Origin: a virus
IMG/VR virus record: IMGVR_UViG_3300025012_000046
Coordinates: 1 to 64,000 of that record
Direction: 5' to 3' (one strand)
Length of the DNA: 64,000 bases
This document shows positions 1 to 10,580 of the stretch, piece after piece. Made by a program: the position numbers and the translations under genes. Below the pieces are notes generated by a model that worked only from the letters and a program-made list of their open reading frames with translations, ran no database searches and was not told the DNA's origin. Numbering within the stretch: the first letter of the stretch is position 1; the number at the start of each line of letters is the position of its first letter.

Positions 1-85
1 ACGACTTAGTACTGGCTGAAGTTGCATCTATGCTGACAGAACTTAGAGTTACTGTAAACGAACACGGCAACTTTATTGTGAGGGA

Positions 86-322
86 GTGAATATGTTACTG
101 GGATACAAACCGCTCAACAAAAATAAAAGATGGCCCTTCCCTACACTCCACATTTTCTTTGAAGGGTCAAGCCGTAGCTCATGTAGCAGAGTTTCTAAGG
201 ACGATCCTAAGCTAATCTTAGTAACACAAGATGAGGCAGCTGACCACTTAGATGTTTGCTGCGAACATTGCTTTTATGGCAGACAAAACTTAAAGGAAAC
301 CATTTATGGAAAAGGAGGTTAA
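86..322 (+). CDS. hypothetical protein
   Basis: ORF on the coding strand after GGGAG; no recognisable motif. Confidence 0.5.
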   Translation: MNMLLGYKPLNKNKRWPFPTLHIFFEGSSRSSCSRVSKDDPKLILVTQDEAADHLDVCCEHCFYGRQNLKETIYGKGG

Positions 323-1036
323 ACTGTGAGATGGTCAAAATGCACAGCTTGTCACCACGAATGTTATAGAGAAACTTGTGACTGGTGCGGGGCAAAGACC
401 AAACCTATTGAAGAGGATAATTCTGAAGATAACATTAAGATAATTGTTGAGACTTTAAGGAGGTTGAATGATAGAAATTAGATCAGAGTACATTGGCTTG
501 TTAGGTAAACCAAGGCCGATAGTTCTAACAAAAGAAGAATATAAAACGCTGATAGACGCTACACGCTTTGCTTCTGGCCAACACCCACAGATGGAGTTTA
601 GGTGTAAAGTAGGAAAGATTATAAGTAAACTAATAAAATTACCATAGGAGAAAATATATGCCAAATAACATACTCTCAAGGTTCAACTTCCTGTTCAACG
701 CTGTCAGAGACGGCAGGCTTGACGTTACTTACGTGGTTGATAGCTCTAAGTATTATTTAGTTGACTGGAGCTTTTTCAGATCAATGTCATTAGGAGAAAT
801 ATTGTTAGCTCTTGACAATAACTGTTTTATTTACGATGGGGAGGCAATATGAGTCTTTACGACGACATAATGGACGTTAACTCGGCGCTAAAAAAGAAGC
901 CAATAGAATTACAAATGTTTAAAGAAATCATAGAGCGCCTGAACTATTACGAAGAAGAGGCTGAAGTGTGGAAGGTTAAAGCTGTTACGTTAGCCTCTGC
1001 TATAAAAATAGTTAAAGAACTAGAGGAGGATTAATT

Positions 1037-1276
1037 ATGCAAGTGTCGCTTCCAGGCGTAGGTGGAAGTTTAGGAGAATGTGTTATTTGTGGTAAATCGT
1101 TTCTTTACGAAATACTTAGTGGCAAAAAAGTAAGATATATTGACGTAAATGGTTCAGAATTACCCTGTCACCAAGGCTGTATCAAACATATTAAAAAAGC
1201 GCAACGTAGTAAAAAATGGGAAGATTTACCAGAAGGACCGCTTCGCAAAGAATTTGAAAAACAGGAGGCGATATGA
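1037..1276 (+). CDS. small Zn-binding hypothetical protein
   Basis: GAGGAGG RBS; CVIC and CHQGC motifs. Confidence 0.6.
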   Translation: MQVSLPGVGGSLGECVICGKSFLYEILSGKKVRYIDVNGSELPCHQGCIKHIKKAQRSKKWEDLPEGPLRKEFEKQEAI

Positions 1277-1497
1277 GAACAATCAACATTCACCTTGAAG
1301 AAATCAAGCCACACTTCCACCTAGCCTTTGATTACTTTTCTACATGGGCTTATCTGGCTTTTGACACGGTTAATATTTATGGTGGGAGCTTTGGTACTGA
1401 GCTTGAGGCAGTGTTTAGTAGCAGTAAAGATAAAAGCAAGTACACCATAGGCGCAGTTTGGGATGAAAAGGAAGGGAAATTTAGTTATCATAGCTAA
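1273..1497 (+). CDS. hypothetical protein
   Basis: AGGAGG RBS; ATGA overlap with the upstream gene. Confidence 0.65.
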   Translation: MRTINIHLEEIKPHFHLAFDYFSTWAYLAFDTVNIYGGSFGTELEAVFSSSKDKSKYTIGAVWDEKEGKFSYHS

Positions 1498-1500
1498 AGT

Positions 1501-1516
1501 AGCTAAGTAATTAGCT
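1501..1516. promoter_or_regulatory. 16-bp palindromic site AGCTAAGTAATTAGCT
   Basis: intergenic, just before RBS GGAAAGGAG; exact reverse complement of the copies at 4863 and 11106. Confidence 0.7.
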
Positions 1517-1530
1517 GGAAAGGAGATAAC

Positions 1531-1814
1531 ATGAACCCATACGCTGTTAAATCAGAACAAGGCAGGCTTATGTAATAGACCCTAGACGTGTCCCACTCAA
1601 GCTTGAAAGAGATTGGGAGGCTACAACAGACAATATCCTGATAGGCAATGTAACGGGACGTGTGATGAAAAGGCAAGTAAACAGAGTACAGGTTTACGGC
1701 GGAAAATCCATACGAACTACACAACTAGCTATCAACTACTGCCCAATAAATAGCCAGTGGCCTGTTATGTACGAGGTAAGAGAAGACTGGAACGCACCGC
1801 TTTGGGAAGAGTGA
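1531..1814 (+). pseudogene. frameshifted hypothetical gene (or sequencing error)
   Basis: strong RBS and ATG at 1531; one extra A in AAA at 1549-1551 gives a continuous ORF MNPYAVKIRTRQ...NAPLWEE ending at TGA 1812-1814. Confidence 0.55.
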
Positions 1815-1992
1815 AAGGAGAAATCAAATGACAGTCGCTAAGTTAATAGAAATGTTACAAAAAGAAGACCCGCAAGCCAAGCTTTATGTCTGGGACTCAG
1901 AGTTGGATATTGTTAGTTATGTTGACGGTGTTGTGGAAGACAGCTTTGGGTTTGTATCGAAACTATCTCTAGGGAAGAATAGGAGAACAAAA

Positions 1993-2268
1993 ATGCCAAG
2001 ACTAGCTATACTCCTTACAAGAGAAGACCTTACAAACCTACAGTACCCAATTGTGGTTGAAATGTGGGACAAAGTAAAAGGAAGCTACTCTAAACGCAGG
2101 AAATACTTAGCAGAATTCACTGAGTATGAGCGTAAGAAGGTAAAAGAGCTTTACTTGCTGTTCTACAGGTGGTATTTAGTAAAAGGCACACCTGATGAAT
2201 ACATGGTAAGAAACTGGGGATCGTACCTATTCATGGAACGAGTTGTTCACTTTTTCGCTACTGTATAG
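1993..2268 (+). CDS. hypothetical protein (second half of track ORF 1828..2268)
   Basis: internal AGGAG RBS and ATG at 1993. Confidence 0.55.
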   Translation: MPRLAILLTREDLTNLQYPIVVEMWDKVKGSYSKRRKYLAEFTEYERKKVKELYLLFYRWYLVKGTPDEYMVRNWGSYLFMERVVHFFATV

Positions 2269-2443
2269 GAGGACACAATGTTAGAACAATTTGAAAACAT
2301 ATTTCAAGACGTTATGCGTAAAGTGGAGTATAGGCCACACAATACAGAAGGGCAACCAGACGGTAACTGGAATTACATTCACCAGGAGCATGTGGCCAAC
2401 GCTTTTATTAAGGTCAGGCGGCTTATATTAGAGGGGGCAAGCA

Positions 2444-2788
2444 ATGCAAATAAATCTAACACATGACACTAAAAAGGACGGTATATTGTCCAGTATAATT
2501 CTAATCGGCATGTCAGAGGCTCTAGTAGAATTAGTCAAAACAAAAAGAACGCCTGACGGGTTGGTATGTGACGTTAAATTACTGGTAGAGGGTGACGAGG
2601 TTGATTTGCAACCTTTCCTTGACCACTGGCAAAGCCAAGTTAAACGGCTGATAACAAAACAGGCCAGAGAACTGGCGTATGAACAGTTTTACGGGAAGTT
2701 TAACGACGTAATAGATATGCTTGAAGACTTACAAGGCCGAGTAAGTAAAGAGGTAGATAAAAGGCTTGAAGATTGGGAAAGGAGATAA
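2444..2788 (+). CDS. hypothetical protein
   Basis: GAGGGGG RBS; overlaps the upstream gene. Confidence 0.65.
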   Translation: MQINLTHDTKKDGILSSIILIGMSEALVELVKTKRTPDGLVCDVKLLVEGDEVDLQPFLDHWQSQVKRLITKQARELAYEQFYGKFNDVIDMLEDLQGRVSKEVDKRLEDWERR

Positions 2789-2963
2789 CATGACACCAAC
2801 ATGTCCAGCCTGCAAGCGATATATAGGCCTTCACAATAAGCAAGGAGAGCTAGTCGGCACAGAACTACACTACGTTAGGAAGGAGGATCAAGCTAAGCAC
2901 TTAGCTGATTTAATGTGGAGGATTGAAACTGGGTATAGCTGCAATAAAACTAGGAGGGGAAAT

Positions 2964-3176
2964 ATGAAAGTTAAAGTCAAAACAGCAGAAGAGGCGTTTA
3001 AACCATTCACAGTTGAGATTACTTTTGAAACAGAAAAAGACCTTAGCGAATACATTAAGATGCACAACTCTTACCACGATAACGCACACTACGATTGTAT
3101 ATACCATGACGATAAGCTGAAATTTTCTAACAACATACTAGCCCAAGCCATAAAATTCAGAAAGGACGCTAACTAA
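2964..3176 (+). CDS. hypothetical protein, F-x-P-F paralogue 1
   Basis: AGGAGGGG RBS and ATG 2964; N-terminus MKVKVKTAEEAFKPFTVEITFET resembles ORFs 3176 and 3931. Confidence 0.6.
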   Translation: MKVKVKTAEEAFKPFTVEITFETEKDLSEYIKMHNSYHDNAHYDCIYHDDKLKFSNNILAQAIKFRKDAN

Positions 3177-3400
3177 TGGAAATCACAGTAAGGAAAATCG
3201 AAGAGAAAACTTTTACTCCGTTTGAGGTTGTGCTTAGGTTCACCACGCAGGAAGAGGTAAAAGATTTTTTAAGGGATCATGACGATCAAGTAACAAACCA
3301 TAATGATTTACTACTTAGTAGCAACATAGAAGAGTATTCTGAACTAGATGCACCACACAACCAAATAGCACAAGCTGTCAAATTCGGAGGCAACTCATGA
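3176..3400 (+). CDS. hypothetical protein, F-x-P-F paralogue 2
   Basis: MEITVRKIEEKTFTPFEVVLRFTT; C-terminal IAQAVKF versus LAQAIKF in paralogue 1. Confidence 0.65.
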   Translation: MEITVRKIEEKTFTPFEVVLRFTTQEEVKDFLRDHDDQVTNHNDLLLSSNIEEYSELDAPHNQIAQAVKFGGNS

Positions 3401-3565
3401 AAAAATTTAAAGTACCATGCACATGGATGATGGGCGCTGATATTATTGTAGATGCTGAAGACGTTGACGAAGCCTGTAGTAAAGCAGAAGAGGCTCCGCT
3501 TCCAGACGATGCCTACTACATTGACGGCAGTTTTGATGTATACATTGACGAAATAGAGGAGGTAG

Positions 3566-3928
3566 ATGATGCCAGTTGAAAAAACATACTTAGAAAAAAT
3601 ATGGGACGCTAAAGATGCTATACACACCACCATCTTCAAGATCAGACAGATAGCGCCACATTTTCAAAAAACAGAAATGCCACAAATGGAGTCTGAGCTT
3701 AACTATTGGGCTGATACCTTAAGCTCTGCCTTGACCGAGATAACTGAGGGAGTGGTGGAGCTGGAGAACAATCGGGCTGCGCTGGAGGTTAAGCCTAAAA
3801 AGGTTAATAAAAAGAAACCCGAAAAGGAAATGGAGGATAGGCTTAAGGTAGAAATTAAGGCTGAACTTAGGGCTATCAGCAATTTGTTGTCGAAATCAAT
3901 TCAGAAATTGGAAAACAAAGGAGAATAA
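3566..3928 (+). CDS. hypothetical helical/coiled-coil protein
   Basis: GAGGAGG RBS; heptad-like composition. Confidence 0.6.
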   Translation: MMPVEKTYLEKIWDAKDAIHTTIFKIRQIAPHFQKTEMPQMESELNYWADTLSSALTEITEGVVELENNRAALEVKPKKVNKKKPEKEMEDRLKVEIKAELRAISNLLSKSIQKLENKGE

Positions 3929-3930
3929 AA

Positions 3931-4182
3931 ATGAAAGTCAAAAAGGAATCTGTAGAGGAATTTACACCGTTTAATTTGGTTCTCACCATAGAGACAAAGG
4001 CAGAGGCATCTGCTCTGTATAACATTTTCAACTACACATTTAATACCGATCTTTTGCCTTCTACGTGGTACAACGAAATACAAGAGGCGATAGGCTCTGA
4101 AAACCAATACACGGATCGTGAGAACAGAATTATAGCTGGAACAACAGCTTACAGCGATTTTTACAAGCCTAAAGTGGAATGA
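3931..4182 (+). CDS. hypothetical protein, F-x-P-F paralogue 3
   Basis: AAGGAG RBS; MKVKKESVEEFTPFNLVLTIET. Confidence 0.65.
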   Translation: MKVKKESVEEFTPFNLVLTIETKAEASALYNIFNYTFNTDLLPSTWYNEIQEAIGSENQYTDRENRIIAGTTAYSDFYKPKVE

Positions 4183-4192
4183 AAGAATTGTC

Positions 4193-4221
4193 TTGACATT
4201 TTCTACGGAATATGATATAAT
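4193..4221 (+). promoter_or_regulatory. sigma70-type promoter
   Basis: TTGACA-17 bp-TATAAT with extended -10 TG. Confidence 0.85.
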
Positions 4222-4227
4222 CAAATC

Positions 4228-4524
4228 TCTTTTCAGGATTAACTGAAAATTACTTGAGGTTCTACCTCATATTAACTCTTAAGGGTTAGCTTTAAGGGAA
4301 GAACTTTACCTCTCTTATCTCCTCTGCTTCATTTCCGAACCTATGCTTCCTTCAACTCCTACCTATCTCACATTTTGTGCGACCGAAGGAGCATAGGTTT
4401 TGCAAAAGGCGACAGCCATATCCCCCGAATAAACGGGCATGGCTTTTCGCTACACCTTTCAATTTCATGTCTCACTTGAGGTCATATCTTAAATCTTGTA
4501 GCATGGTTTTAACGTAGTGGCGGT
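4228..4524 (+). ncRNA. putative structured ncRNA or long leader (~300 nt)
   Basis: no credible ORF; pyrimidine-rich unlike its flanks; about seven consecutive hairpins, including a 15-bp stem 4338-4353/4385-4399; directly downstream of a consensus promoter. Confidence 0.6.
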
Positions 4525-4540
4525 AGCTAATTACTTAACT
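4525..4540. promoter_or_regulatory. palindromic site AGCTAATTACTTAACT (1 mismatch)
   Basis: intergenic, just before RBS AAGGAGG. Confidence 0.65.
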
Positions 4541-4862
4541 GAAGAAGGAGGCACAGCATATGAAAGATTTTGCTGTAGATATGCTTATACAAAGCCTAGA
4601 CAAGCTGGATACTTTGGCAGATAAACTTCGAATGATCTACATGTGGATTAAGCAGGGAACGGTAAATAAACGCAGGTTCATCCTGTTGGTAACTCATATT
4701 ACGAAAGGAACTACACCATGAACGACAAAGAATGTGAACTGTGGATCATGAACGACGAAGGGCTTTACAACTGGTGGAAATCTTCTAGGCAAGGTATTAG
4801 AGTGTTTATCAAGGAGAACCGGGCAGAGATAACCCAGTGTATTAATAGAGCGCTTGGCAAAT

Positions 4863-4878
4863 AGCTAATTACTTAGCT
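4863..4878. promoter_or_regulatory. palindromic site AGCTAATTACTTAGCT
   Basis: overlaps the upstream stop codon and precedes RBS GAAAGGA. Confidence 0.7.
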
Positions 4879-4895
4879 GAGAAAGGAAAACAAAA

Positions 4896-5087
4896 ATGAC
4901 TAACGTATGGCGGAATCTCCGATTTTCGTAGGCATGAAGTTGTGACCAGAGAACGCATCTGTTCTGACTCAGAATACACACAAGCAAAAGAGAATATGAT
5001 AGTAAAAGGCTACCTTGACAAGAGGGTGCGATAACGCCTAGGGGAAGAAATGCGGCAGGTAATTTAGGGCTGAATTCACTTAAATAG
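4896..5087 (+). pseudogene. disrupted small gene with two frameshifts (or sequencing errors)
   Basis: RBS and ATG 4896; protein-like segments YGGISDFRRHE...KGYLDKR and GAITPRGRNAAGNL lie in different frames, joined at GGG 5024-5026. Confidence 0.45.
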
Positions 5088-5981
5088 AGATGGAGGGTTA
5101 ACATGAGCATTTCAGTAATCTACCACGTATCTGTTAAGATGCCGGATGATACACCGTATAAATCTGCAAAATACGAACAGGCTGTTGGAGAGATAGTAAA
5201 AGATGCGCTATCATCTGGACAAAACAGCTACTCAGAAATAGAAGAGTGGGCTGAGTTTCATTCTAGGCGTGAGGCTGAAGTGTGTGAGTACCAGCTTAAG
5301 AAACTGGCTGAAGCGATAGAAAGGGGTGAATTCGATGAGCATGATTACTGATCCTAATTTGATCCAACTGTTCCGTTACAAAACCTTGCTGAAAGGCCTC
5401 AGCCTGGAGATGAAAGGACTCCAACTGAGCCGTGGGCGGTCATGCTACGCTATTATCAAGAGTGAATTTGGCCTGAAAGGTAATAAAGAGAACGTGTATA
5501 AACAGTTTGAGCAATTTATACAGGAGATAGAGAATGGCACACGATGACAAATTTGGCTATCACGAAGTTTTACACACGGCGCACGTCCTAATGGATACTT
5601 GGGAGAGGCATATAGCTGGACATGGGTTAATGGAAAGTGAGCCTGAATTAAAAGCACAAGCAGAATTTATAGGCAGTATGATGGCTGACTTTTACCAATT
5701 GGTTTGTAGTGCCTCTGACTCTATGTTCGGGGAGGACTAAAATGAGGTTTGAGCATCTACTATTGGCCTTCGGTGTGTTTGTGGTGCTGTATTGTGTTTA
5801 TAGGTGGAATAAATAGGAGTGCATATGGACGAAGAACGTATGATTTACTGTGCAGGCTTAGATTATAAACAGCACTTATGTTTACCTGAGAGCGATTTAA
5901 CTAAGTGTGGTGTAGTGGTAAGGCGTAAGAAATTATTAAAAGAAGATAACTTATTGTTTAGTTGTTACGAGTGTACATACT

Positions 5982-5997
5982 AACTAAGCGCTTAGCT
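5982..5997. promoter_or_regulatory. palindromic site variant AACTAAGCGCTTAGCT
   Basis: at a stop codon, before RBS GGAGGAG. Confidence 0.55.
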
Positions 5998-6474
5998 GGG
6001 GAGGAGAACGTATGAACGGAAAAATAATCTTTGAAGACATGGAAACGTTGGTTGAATTCCTTAAGCTATTTGAAGGTAGCACCTGTGTATTTGAGGTTAA
6101 AGCTACTACATACGGACAGTGGGTTTTGCAGTTTACTGGAGGTTTATAGATGTACACTTTTGAAATGAAGCACGAAGTAACTGTGAAGGTGACTGTAACC
6201 TCACAAGACGGTATTAGCTGGAAGCTGAATGAGGAGGGGCGGAGGCAGTTTCAGGATCAAATTAGAGTGCAAATAAGAGAGATGTATAAGAAAGGAGCTA
6301 AGAAATGACAAGGCACGAAAAGATAGAAGCTATATTGGGTACTATCTCCGATTGGGACTTAGAAACTTTAGTAGAATACGTAGTAGAAAATGAGCGTAGG
6401 GCTTTGTTAGAAATGTCCGACGAAGAGTTAGAGGCAATATACACTTCAGCTGTGTAACTTATTGGAGGTATAAA

Positions 6475-7026
6475 ATGGAAAAATCAGAAATTAAACATGT
6501 ACTTGAAGAGCTTAAGCTTAGCGTAAAATTCACTTTCGTTCCTTACTCACAGACGGAAGGAGCAGTAAAAAAGCCTGCCGTTTCTGATCTTAGCATCAAC
6601 TACAAGGCTGGCGTGTACTGTGGCGAGAAGCTTATATTCTCTACGCCATACCGCATGGGTGTAGCTCATTGTCCTAGTTATGTACAGAAGTGGGGTAAAG
6701 GTGCGACTGTTAATGAGCATAAAGCAATAACATATGAATGTGAAAAAGGATTTACGGCAACAGACTTTAATATGAACTATGGAGGCAATCCTACTGGCAA
6801 GGCTATACTCCCAGACACAATTGATTTCTTCTACTGTATCTCCTCAGACACGGACGTTTTCTATCGCAGCGGGTTTGAAGATTGGGCTGAGAACTACGGT
6901 TATGACACAGACAGCCGAAAAGCAGAGAAGATTTATAATGAATGTCTGAAGCAAGCGCTGGCTTTGAGGGCTTGTATTGGTGAATCTGGTATGGGTATGT
7001 TAAGGGGAGCTTATGAGGACTACTGA
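6475..7026 (+). CDS. conserved phage hypothetical protein
   Basis: GGAGG RBS; FEDWAENYGYDTDSRKAEKIY motif familiar from phage early proteins. Confidence 0.7.
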   Translation: MEKSEIKHVLEELKLSVKFTFVPYSQTEGAVKKPAVSDLSINYKAGVYCGEKLIFSTPYRMGVAHCPSYVQKWGKGATVNEHKAITYECEKGFTATDFNMNYGGNPTGKAILPDTIDFFYCISSDTDVFYRSGFEDWAENYGYDTDSRKAEKIYNECLKQALALRACIGESGMGMLRGAYEDY

Positions 7027-7402
7027 GAGCTTCTATAGCAGGAACAAATACTGGAGCACACCTTTTGATAGTGTGTTACTATATTTGATATTTGTTATGC
7101 TGATACCGTTTTATATTTATGAGGCAACTAAGGGATTAGCTAGGAAAGGAAATGTTTATGAAAACACACCTAAAGGTAACTGAAGCTATTGAGGCTGCGT
7201 CAGCTAAGTTATTAGCTATGAGCGATGAAGAGTTTAATAAACTAATGGAGCCATATGACTCTACTAGCGCAAGGTGTACGCCTAACGAATGCCACGGAGA
7301 ATGTCAAGGCATGGGCTGGTGCTACACTTGCGAGGATTTTAGGGGCGAACTGCCAGATGATCATATGGAAGACCTACTCAGCTGAGAGAAAGGAGAAATA
7401 AA

Positions 7403-8005
7403 ATGCCTACAGGATACACAGCAGAGATAGCAAAAGGAATTACTTTTGAGGAATTTGTATGTCAATGCGCCAGAGCATTCGGAGCGCTAATTCATCTTAG
7501 GGATGAACCTCTTAGCTCAGACATACCAGATGAGGTTATTCCTAGTGATTATCACGCTAAGGCTTTAGTTGGCGCTGAAATCAAATACAAAGAAGCTTTG
7601 GAGATTAAAGAGGAACAAGCTAAGCACTTAGCTAAGGAAGAGTTTGACGCAGAAATGCTTAGTTATCAAGATAGACTATATGAGAAACACGAACTTAAAA
7701 GAAAATACGAAGATATGCTTGCTAAGGTAAGAGCTTGGAATCCTCCTACGACAGAGCATGAAGGGCTTAAAAAGTTTATGATAGAGCAACTTACAAGCTC
7801 AATTGACTTTGACTGTAGCACTGACTACATTGAAGTACCTAAACTGAAGTCGCCTAAAGAGTGGTGTGAGAAAAACATATCTAATAAATTGTGGAACTAC
7901 AACTACCATAAAGAGGAAAATGAAAAAGAGATTCAACGTTGTAAAGAAAGAACTGAGTGGGTAAAAGCGTTGAAAGAATCTTTGAAAGGAGAAATAAAAT
8001 GCTAA
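7403..8005 (+). CDS. conserved phage hypothetical coiled-coil protein
   Basis: MPTGYTA...CARAFGA N-terminus; GAAAGGAGAAATAAAATG start. Confidence 0.75.
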   Translation: MPTGYTAEIAKGITFEEFVCQCARAFGALIHLRDEPLSSDIPDEVIPSDYHAKALVGAEIKYKEALEIKEEQAKHLAKEEFDAEMLSYQDRLYEKHELKRKYEDMLAKVRAWNPPTTEHEGLKKFMIEQLTSSIDFDCSTDYIEVPKLKSPKEWCEKNISNKLWNYNYHKEENEKEIQRCKERTEWVKALKESLKGEIKC

Positions 8006-8715
8006 CATACCAAGAATGCTTAGACCTTACCAAAAAGAAACCCACTAAGAAACTTGAGAACAACACCTACCTTGACACTCTTGAGGCAGGCAACTTTGGT
8101 GTTAAGCTCCACAACACGTATATTGTTATAGTCTCTCCAGACGAGACGTATGAGCTTAATTCTGGAGGCTACAGAACAGTAACAACTAAAGATCGTATCA
8201 ACAAGTACGCTCCGGTTAGAATTTGGCAGGAAAGGGGAATTTGGTATTTGTATGACAGAGAGCTTTTCTACGACGGAATCTTAGTAGACAGAGAAGGGAA
8301 TATCCTGTCTGAGAAGCTGGACGTTACAAGGGAAGAGAAAGGTAAAAAGCTGATAGATAAAATGGTGTCTAAGTATATCAAAGGCTTCATAGCACATATA
8401 AAGGACGGTAAGCTTGAAGACCCAAACAACGGTGACTGTTGGGGCTGTTGTATGGAAGCTAAAACTGTGGAGGGAGTTGTAAGCACTGAGCCTTTTGGGT
8501 ATGACCACTACTTGAGTCACTTTGAAGAGGAATACTATGTGCCCAGTTTGTTGTGGAAAGCTATCAGAGGTAACAAGGCATTTGTTTGGTCGTGGGTTAA
8601 GAGCAACCCCGAGCAAAACGCGCACCTGATCGAACAAGACCTATACTACTTCTTCCGCAACATAAAAAATAAACTAGTGGAGTGCTATTATGAACGAGAA
8701 ACAAGCAGCGTGTAA
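7999..8715 (+). CDS. conserved phage hypothetical protein
   Basis: start moved to the ATG after GAAAGGAGAAATAAA; LNSGGYRTVTTKDRIN motif. Confidence 0.7.
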   Translation: MLTYQECLDLTKKKPTKKLENNTYLDTLEAGNFGVKLHNTYIVIVSPDETYELNSGGYRTVTTKDRINKYAPVRIWQERGIWYLYDRELFYDGILVDREGNILSEKLDVTREEKGKKLIDKMVSKYIKGFIAHIKDGKLEDPNNGDCWGCCMEAKTVEGVVSTEPFGYDHYLSHFEEEYYVPSLLWKAIRGNKAFVWSWVKSNPEQNAHLIEQDLYYFFRNIKNKLVECYYERETSSV

Positions 8716-8880
8716 GAAGTGCTTAAAGGTGATAGAGTCTTGTCAGACGGTGGAGCAGGCCATAGTAGCAAGTCATATGGTTGATAACTACGTGAAATAC
8801 TTCAACTATCCTAGAAACTGGCTTGAACTAAATAGTACAGCTACTAGTAAAATATTTAGCTTGATGAAAGGAGAAACGAA

Positions 8881-9255
8881 ATGAGAGACTACCTAACACT
8901 AGGGACAACGCCGTATGAAGAGGATTGTGTTCAGGTTATCACCGGAGAGGCGTATCATGAGATGATGAAAAAAGAGGCAGCGGTATATCGTGACTATTTG
9001 ATGCGGTTGTTCCCTGAGCCGCCTAAAGATACATATTTTAGTTTCATGATGTTTTCACATGACTTTGGTACGTATTGGGAAGTGGTGTGTTGGTATGACG
9101 CTGAAGATGAAACAGCGCTGGACTTCTCTTTTGAAGTAGAGAACACCCTTCCGGCTAAGTGGGACGAAGAGGCTAGGAAGGAGCTTGACGAGATTGATGG
9201 GTATTGGAGTTATCTTAATATACAACACAGCTACAGAAGTCCACAATACAAGTAG
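8881..9255 (+). CDS. acidic phage hypothetical protein
   Basis: GAAAGGAG RBS; TPYEEDCVQV and HDFGTYWEV motifs. Confidence 0.7.
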   Translation: MRDYLTLGTTPYEEDCVQVITGEAYHEMMKKEAAVYRDYLMRLFPEPPKDTYFSFMMFSHDFGTYWEVVCWYDAEDETALDFSFEVENTLPAKWDEEARKELDEIDGYWSYLNIQHSYRSPQYK

Positions 9256-9261
9256 TAATTT

Positions 9262-9277
9262 ACCTAAGTAATTAGCT
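9262..9277. promoter_or_regulatory. palindromic site ACCTAAGTAATTAGCT (1 mismatch)
   Basis: intergenic after a stop; same orientation as the 1501 copy. Confidence 0.65.
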
Positions 9278-9320
9278 AACATTTAATTTCATTTCTATTC
9301 CTATTATCGGAGGTCCAACT

Positions 9321-9545
9321 ATGTGTGCAAAAACGCTTCGTAAGCAATTTCCTTCTCTGCAAGTCTTCCCTGCTAGCCGTTTCAAGTCTAACATCTGTGA
9401 TAGTATGAGGATCAGTGGCTTTAAGGCTTACCGTCAACGTGAAAAGGTAGTGGAAGCGTTTAGGGTTGTGTTGAGGAATAAATATTATGTGTATGTTGTG
9501 CCTGAAAATGAGTTTAATATGAGGATGAAAGCTACCATAGCATAG
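9321..9545 (+). CDS. basic hypothetical protein
   Basis: GGAGGT RBS. Confidence 0.6.
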   Translation: MCAKTLRKQFPSLQVFPASRFKSNICDSMRISGFKAYRQREKVVEAFRVVLRNKYYVYVVPENEFNMRMKATIA

Positions 9546-10102
9546 TATTAATTTTGACAAGTTTTAGGTTGTTATTCTAAACTAATTATTATATTGTGGA
9601 GGTAAAAATTATGATAATCGCAGTGATTGATTCCTTAAAATTTATACCAGATGTGCATAAGCATACTGTGTATTACCACGAAAACGCACAAAAGTTCGCC
9701 TTCGAAGATTGGAGGTCCAAACTAGGAACGTTTAAGGCGGTACTAGCTAAAGACGAATATGAAGCTGTGGGTAAACTATCTGAACAACTGAGAAATTATG
9801 TGAGTAATTCTTGGTTAGGTGGAGATGTGGAGGACTTTAGGTTTTTCATTCGGTATACTGAAGTAGAAGATGGACAATTTTGGCTTGAGCCTAGTATATT
9901 TATATGTAAAGAATTTAAATTATAGGAGGCGAAGCTATGAACGTACATGAGCTAGAACTTCACCAAGAGCATAAATTTACAACTAAGGGGTGTGGACACG
10001 CGTATTGGGTTATGCGCGTACCTGGAGGTTGGATTTATTCTGACAGAACAGGTAGCATGTGCTTTGTACCTTTGAGCGGAGAATATAGAGAGGAGAAATA
10101 AA

Positions 10103-10381
10103 ATGTACATCTACTCTAACGGAGTTTACAGAGAAGTAAACGAGAAAGGAGAGATAGAAGTTACTCAAGGTAAAAAGAACTTTTCAAGCCAATGGCGTAT
10201 TGTGGGTGCTGTAGAGCGTAATAATTTTGGTCATGTTGTTAAACGGTATTCACTGAGCGAATTAAGACAGTCCAGTATTGAGTGGAGCTACAAAAATGGT
10301 AAGCAGAAAGTCTTTATAATTGACTACGACCACGGAAGTAATAGAGAGTGGCGATCACCTAACCATTATATTTGTAGGTAG
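10103..10381 (+). CDS. hypothetical protein
   Basis: GAGAGGAGAAATAAAATG start. Confidence 0.7.
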   Translation: MYIYSNGVYREVNEKGEIEVTQGKKNFSSQWRIVGAVERNNFGHVVKRYSLSELRQSSIEWSYKNGKQKVFIIDYDHGSNREWRSPNHYICR

Positions 10382-10580
10382 AAAGGAGAAATAAAATGAC
10401 ACAAATCGAGTTTGCAGAGAAAGTTAACAAGATAGCGCCAGGGCATGAAGAAGAGGTAGATCAACTGTGTTTGTTGTGGCTAAAGCAGTATGCCAAAGAG
10501 GGTGGTAGCGATGGAAAAATAGCCATTAAATTACTAACTATTGTAGAAGAACTATTGAGTATTTAGAAAGGAGAAATAAA

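Noticed and set aside
9554-9583. Possible promoter TTGACA...TAAACT
   Set aside because: Weak -10 at 18-bp spacing, unlike the eight well-formed promoters; not called.
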